Of a stretch of DNA of 64,000 nt, positions 60,345 through 64,000 are shown one piece after another. The DNA is from Limnochordia bacterium. GTDB lineage: Bacteria > Bacillota > Limnochordia > DTU087 > JAAYGB01. The first letter of the stretch is position 1. Each line of letters starts with the position of its first letter. The stretch lies in contig JAWLBR010000005.1 of NCBI GenBank assembly GCA_041687495.1, positions 601-64,600 of the forward strand, given 5' to 3'. A program made the position numbers and the translations under genes. The notes under the pieces were generated by a model, which did not search any database, was not told the origin of the DNA, and saw nothing but the letters and a program-made list of their open reading frames with translations.

Positions 60345-61496
60345 CTATATTCTCTGCAGCTCTTCCATAATACCTAGGTAAACCCGAGAAGCTGCGATTA
60401 CTTCGCTTTTCAGCCCGTACTCGTTGGGGGCATGCCAGTTGGCTCCCGATGGGCCAAAGGTAAGCACTGGGATTTTTAGCATCTGCGCGATGTAGTTCGC
60501 ATCACAGACCGATGGATCATATCCGTACCGAGGAGACTGACCTGTCACTTCTGCAAACACTTGCGAAGCCAGTTGGACAATAAGCTCGGACTCATCGGTT
60601 GCAAAGCCCTCTAGGAAAGGCCCCTTCCGTTTCGACCACGCCAGTGAGACCTTATCCGTCAAACCCAGTCTGTCCACCAGCTCTTCGACCTGCTGCCAGA
60701 CCGATTCCTGGGTCTCGCCCGGCACCACATATCTTTCATACATCATCTCAGCGTGGTCCGGTACTTTTAGCACCGTCGGCTCACCGCCACTGAGGCGGCG
60801 CAGGCAGGGACTGCCTTTCCCCATCTCCGGATGTTCACCCACGGGAAGGCGTTCTAGTTCAACAGCCAGCCGGGCCGCTGAGATTAAAGCGTTCTCCCCT
60901 TCTTGGGGATAGCGGCTCGCATGGGCTACTTGGCCCTCAACTGCAATGTCCATCGAGTAGCGTCCGCGAAACCCCAGCATCATGGGATTGAAGCGGCATT
61001 CCCCGACGATGGCCATATCCGCTTGGACTAACCCCTCCCGCAGCATTGCGTAGGTGCCTTCGGAACTGCCTTCCTCGTCCGAGCTGAAGGCCAAAATCAC
61101 CTCGCCCTTCAGGCTGCGTTTTGGCTGGGAAAAGATCCGAACAGCCTCGACCATGGCAGCAAGACCGCCCTTCATGTCGCACGCCGCCAATCCATAGACC
61201 CGGTCATCTTTCTCAACAGGTTGAAATGGATCAGTGTTCCAGCCATTGTGGACCGGAACCGTATCTAGATGTCCCGAGAGCAGGAGTCGAGGACCGGGCT
61301 CGTCCCCCCGCAGGCGAGCAATAAGATTGGGACGATTTTCTGCCCCATATCTGTGGATTCTTGTTTCGAGTCCAATGTTTTCGAGCTCCTCAGCTAGAAA
61401 CTGAGCTATCTCGTGCTCATCTCCCACCACGCTGGGGATTTGAATCAGGGTGCGGTAAAGACTAAGCAGCCGCTCTGTTTGTACCAACACTATCAC
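60345..61496 (-). CDS. M20-family metallopeptidase (ArgE/DapE/acetyl-diaminopimelate deacetylase-like)
   Basis: GHLDTVP, CDMKGG and SSDEEG motifs. The start probably lies a few codons inside the listed ORF, which overlaps the nhaC end. Confidence 0.85.
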   Translation of the reverse strand: MIVLVQTERLLSLYRTLIQIPSVVGDEHEIAQFLAEELENIGLETRIHRYGAENRPNLIARLRGDEPGPRLLLSGHLDTVPVHNGWNTDPFQPVEKDDRVYGLAACDMKGGLAAMVEAVRIFSQPKRSLKGEVILAFSSDEEGSSEGTYAMLREGLVQADMAIVGECRFNPMMLGFRGRYSMDIAVEGQVAHASRYPQEGENALISAARLAVELERLPVGEHPEMGKGSPCLRRLSGGEPTVLKVPDHAEMMYERYVVPGETQESVWQQVEELVDRLGLTDKVSLAWSKRKGPFLEGFATDESELIVQLASQVFAEVTGQSPRYGYDPSVCDANYIAQMLKIPVLTFGPSGANWHAPNEYGLKSEVIAASRVYLGIMEELQRI

Positions 61497-62880
61497 CTAC
61501 CGAAGAGTTGTACACCAAGCCTTTCCCGGTGTATCCGTAAATGAGTGAGAACACTACTGACAGGTAACACATGAAAGCAAAGGGTAGATACTGCACAACG
61601 GGAACTCCCAGAGTATCGGCCACAAACACTCCAGTGATGGACCAAGGCAGCAGGGGCACAATCACTGTACCGGTATCTTCCAGCGTTCGGGATAGATTCT
61701 GCCTGCCCAAGCCAAAACGATCGTACATGGGAGCGAACAACGGGCCAATGAGTGACATGGACACATAACAACTTCCAGTCAACAGCGCTACCCCGGCATT
61801 AGCCACAACCGTGGTGGCAATGAGGCTTCCAGTACCCCGAACGAATCGAGTGGCTCCGGCAAGGAGCGCCTCCAAAATGCCGGAGTGACGTAAGATGGAG
61901 CCGAACGTGACGGCGGCGATGACCAAGACTGTAGTGCCGGTCATGCTCATCATCCCACCTCGGTTCAACAAGCTGTCCACGAACGCATCTCCAGTACTAA
62001 TGGAAAACCCACTGTTCATCACACCCAAAACCTCTTGGAACCGCAGTCCCTGAAGCAGCATACCCAGGAAGCCCGCCAGCAAGGTACCGATGAGAAGTAC
62101 AGGGAGCACAGGTTTTTTCCTAACCACAAGGTAAATTACCAATACCGGAGGCAACAGCAGAAGCGGGTTCAGGTTAAAGGTGGTCTGCAGTGTCTCATTG
62201 ACCATCTCAATCTGGGCTAAGTCAAGGCTGCTCCCACCGTACCGGACCCCGATCACGGCGAAGATCGCTAGGGATATCAGCATTGCTGGCCCCGTAGTCA
62301 ACAGCATGTGTTTGATGTGTGCAAACAAGTCGGTACCAGACACTGCCGCAGCCAAGTTGGTGGTATCCGACAGAGGAGACATCTTGTCTCCAAAGAAAGC
62401 TCCAACTACCACTGCTCCTGCGGTGATATACACTGGAATGCCTAGCCCGGCCGAAATGCCCATAAAGGCGACGCCAACCGTGCCCACTGTGCCCCACGAG
62501 GTTCCCGTAGCCACCGAGACTAGCGCTCCAATTAGCACCACAGCAACCAAGAAGAAACTTGGCGGCAAGAACTTAAGTCCGTAGTAAATCATCAATGGTA
62601 CGGTACCACTCTGCATCCAAGTACCAATTAACGCTCCCACAGTCAACAGGATCAGAATCGAGGGTATCACCGTGGTAATTCCGGCGACAATCCCATCCTG
62701 CAGCTTGTCCCAAGGATGTCTAAGCTTAGCCACCCCATAAGCAGCGGCCACAGCCGCACAAACGATCAAGAGCACAGCTGTTGGAGCCTTCCACTGAGTA
62801 ATTCCGATCAGAAGAAACACGCATAGCGCTCCCACCAAAATGGCAGCTTCCCGAATGGACGGGTTCTTTCCAGTAGCCAT
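61462..62880 (-). CDS. nhaC: NhaC-family Na+/H+ antiporter-type transporter (L-box regulated, possible lysine transporter)
   Basis: 472 aa polytopic protein. AAGGAGGA lies 6 nt upstream of the ATG. Confidence 0.85.
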   Translation of the reverse strand: MATGKNPSIREAAILVGALCVFLLIGITQWKAPTAVLLIVCAAVAAAYGVAKLRHPWDKLQDGIVAGITTVIPSILILLTVGALIGTWMQSGTVPLMIYYGLKFLPPSFFLVAVVLIGALVSVATGTSWGTVGTVGVAFMGISAGLGIPVYITAGAVVVGAFFGDKMSPLSDTTNLAAAVSGTDLFAHIKHMLLTTGPAMLISLAIFAVIGVRYGGSSLDLAQIEMVNETLQTTFNLNPLLLLPPVLVIYLVVRKKPVLPVLLIGTLLAGFLGMLLQGLRFQEVLGVMNSGFSISTGDAFVDSLLNRGGMMSMTGTTVLVIAAVTFGSILRHSGILEALLAGATRFVRGTGSLIATTVVANAGVALLTGSCYVSMSLIGPLFAPMYDRFGLGRQNLSRTLEDTGTVIVPLLPWSITGVFVADTLGVPVVQYLPFAFMCYLSVVFSLIYGYTGKGLVYNSSVGDSVGTNRAAA

Positions 62881-62932
62881 GATTCATCCTCCTTAATTTC
62901 CAATAATACCTAGTTTTTCAAATTTTTTGTCA

Positions 62933-62965
62933 CAAAGAAAAGCCCAGCGGAATCCGCCGGGCCTT
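62933..62965 (-). terminator. Intrinsic terminator (L-box expression platform)
   Basis: The minus strand reads GGCCCGGCGG-ATT-CCGCTGGGCT followed by TTTCTTTG. Confidence 0.8.
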
Positions 62966-62999
62966 AAGTGCGTGCCGGTAGAAATACCACTCCCTCCCT

Positions 63000-63192
63000 G
63001 TGAGATAGCGCACCGCTGCAGGTCGGGTTAGTCCCCACAGCGACAGTCTTGTACATGTTCTGTACAAGCCCAGCCTCCACGTCTTGGGCATTGGAACGTG
63101 GAGACTTCGGCGAATGCGCCTTTCACCGATGGGTCTGTCTAGCCCTAGCTACCCCCGGCTAATCTTCGCGATTCGCACCTCTACCTCACCTG
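63000..63192 (-). promoter_or_regulatory. Lysine riboswitch (L-box)
   Basis: The minus strand contains GGTGAGGTAGAGGTGCGAA, GAAAGGCGCATTCGCCGAAG and GGAGGCTGGGCTTGTACA...TGTACAAGACTGTCGC. The closing P1 strand is CTATCTCAC. These blocks parallel the B. subtilis lysC leader. Confidence 0.88.
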
Positions 63193-63226
63193 GCCGGTGA
63201 GGCATTTCCATATTTGATTTTGGTTA

Positions 63227-63256
63227 ATTTTATCCTGTGTTAGGTATGCCTGTCAA
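63227..63256 (-). promoter_or_regulatory. Promoter of the L-box/nhaC operon
   Basis: The minus strand reads TTGACA-18 nt-TAAAAT. Confidence 0.65.
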
Positions 63257-63275
63257 GTAATGGCCATGTTCGGAG

Positions 63276-64000
63276 CTACGCGTCTAGAACGGTTCCATGT
63301 CCTCGGGAAGGCGAGGCCCGCCCTTCCAAGTCAGGGGCTCTCCGCTCGAGTGCGGCTAAGGAATACTCAATTACTTCGGCCGCCTCTCTCCGAGTCATCG
63401 TACCCACCGTAACCATGTCGCACGGGCGAATGGTGTTCCAGACGAAATTCAATCCCACAAGGGGAGTCAACCGCCCGGCGGCCATCGGTTTAATGGTCAT
63501 CACCGGCCTTTTCGCCTTGTGAATCATCTGCTGGATGAACTCAACCTCCAGCTGCATGAGAAAGCCCGCTGCGTTGTAGATCTGAATATATGTTTCGACG
63601 TCCTCTGCGTTGGCATCAGAATACTGGACAACTTCCGGCATATGGGCTGAGAGCCCAGGGATCATACCCCGGTCGCGAATCATCTTCGTATACTCACCGA
63701 GCCGGTGAATCTTACCCACTTTCCGATCTACCAGCGTTTCCACTTTGGAGTGGTGCGGCATGCAAATCTCCACTCCAATCTGCTGGCACTTGTCCAGCAA
63801 TCGTTCCGCCTCGGCATGGTCCTGCTGAGAGTCGCCCATGTTGATAAACGGTGTGTCTACTCGGATAATATGCTGTCCGGTCCGCTGCTCAGCTTCGTCA
63901 ATGCCATCACACAGCTTGGGATAATCCGCGATGGGACCCATCACTGTGTCTACACCGGCAGCGAGAAAAACTTCGAGAATATCGGCGATGGCCCGGGGAT
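63276..64000 (-). CDS. Hypothetical protein, 5'-truncated by the window edge
   Basis: The frame stays open upstream of the listed GTG 63944 to position 64000 (...AIADILEVFLAAGVDTVMGPIADYPK...). I recognise no motif. Confidence 0.6.
   Translation of the reverse strand, partial: PRAIADILEVFLAAGVDTVMGPIADYPKLCDGIDEAEQRTGQHIIRVDTPFINMGDSQQDHAEAERLLDKCQQIGVEICMPHHSKVETLVDRKVGKIHRLGEYTKMIRDRGMIPGLSAHMPEVVQYSDANAEDVETYIQIYNAAGFLMQLEVEFIQQMIHKAKRPVMTIKPMAAGRLTPLVGLNFVWNTIRPCDMVTVGTMTRREAAEVIEYSLAALERRAPDLEGRASPSRGHGTVLDA

Overview
Moderately GC-rich bacterial chromosome segment (judged by eye, not computed). It is almost certainly from an anaerobic Firmicute, because it has a type-B RNase P RNA, S-box and L-box riboswitches, a YitJ-type fusion and an Hfs/HydS hydrogenase-sensor module. 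I saw no transposase, integrase, CRISPR array or rRNA, so this looks like core genome rather than an island. Content from left to right: (1) a tightly coupled minus-strand operon with a small 2Fe-2S protein, a sensory [FeFe] hydrogenase with a PAS domain, a PP2C phosphatase and bifurcating hydrogenase HydC-HydB-HydA (truncated at the window edge), behind a promoter carrying a Rex-like palindrome; (2) S-box riboswitch plus metY, and a ferredoxin; (3) tRNA-Trp, tRNA-Thr and RNase P RNA in one transcription unit; (4) a DnaA-box cluster, a duplicated P-loop ATPase of unknown function, a cupin (D-lyxose isomerase-like)-adenylate kinase fusion, a metallophosphoesterase, a nitroreductase and tldD/pmbA; (5) a nine-gene V/A-type ATPase operon ending in a coupled universal stress protein and a micro-ORF; (6) nrdDG; (7) a CAP-LysM secreted protein; (8) an Mrp antiporter in E-F-G-B-B-C-D-D order; (9) znuACB-like genes, an ArsB/NhaD permease, a CBS protein, two small-ORF units and pepF; (10) a second DnaA-box cluster in front of a small HTH gene, next to an operon of an unknown protein, a 29-aa signal-peptide micro-ORF, a 7TM HD-GYP protein and a methyltransferase; (11) thuA, a YeiH-like gene and a Gfo/Idh/MocA oxidoreductase; (12) metH and yitJ-like genes behind a short terminator-containing leader; (13) a ZIP transporter, a UPF0316 protein, an ABC exporter, an Eis-like GNAT, and an L-box riboswitch controlling nhaC and an M20 peptidase. 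The least explained items are the exported-peptide/HD-GYP operon, the cupin-Adk fusion, the two similarly built DnaA-box clusters away from any dnaA gene, and three unassigned terminator-containing leaders (nrdD, metH, ABC exporter).
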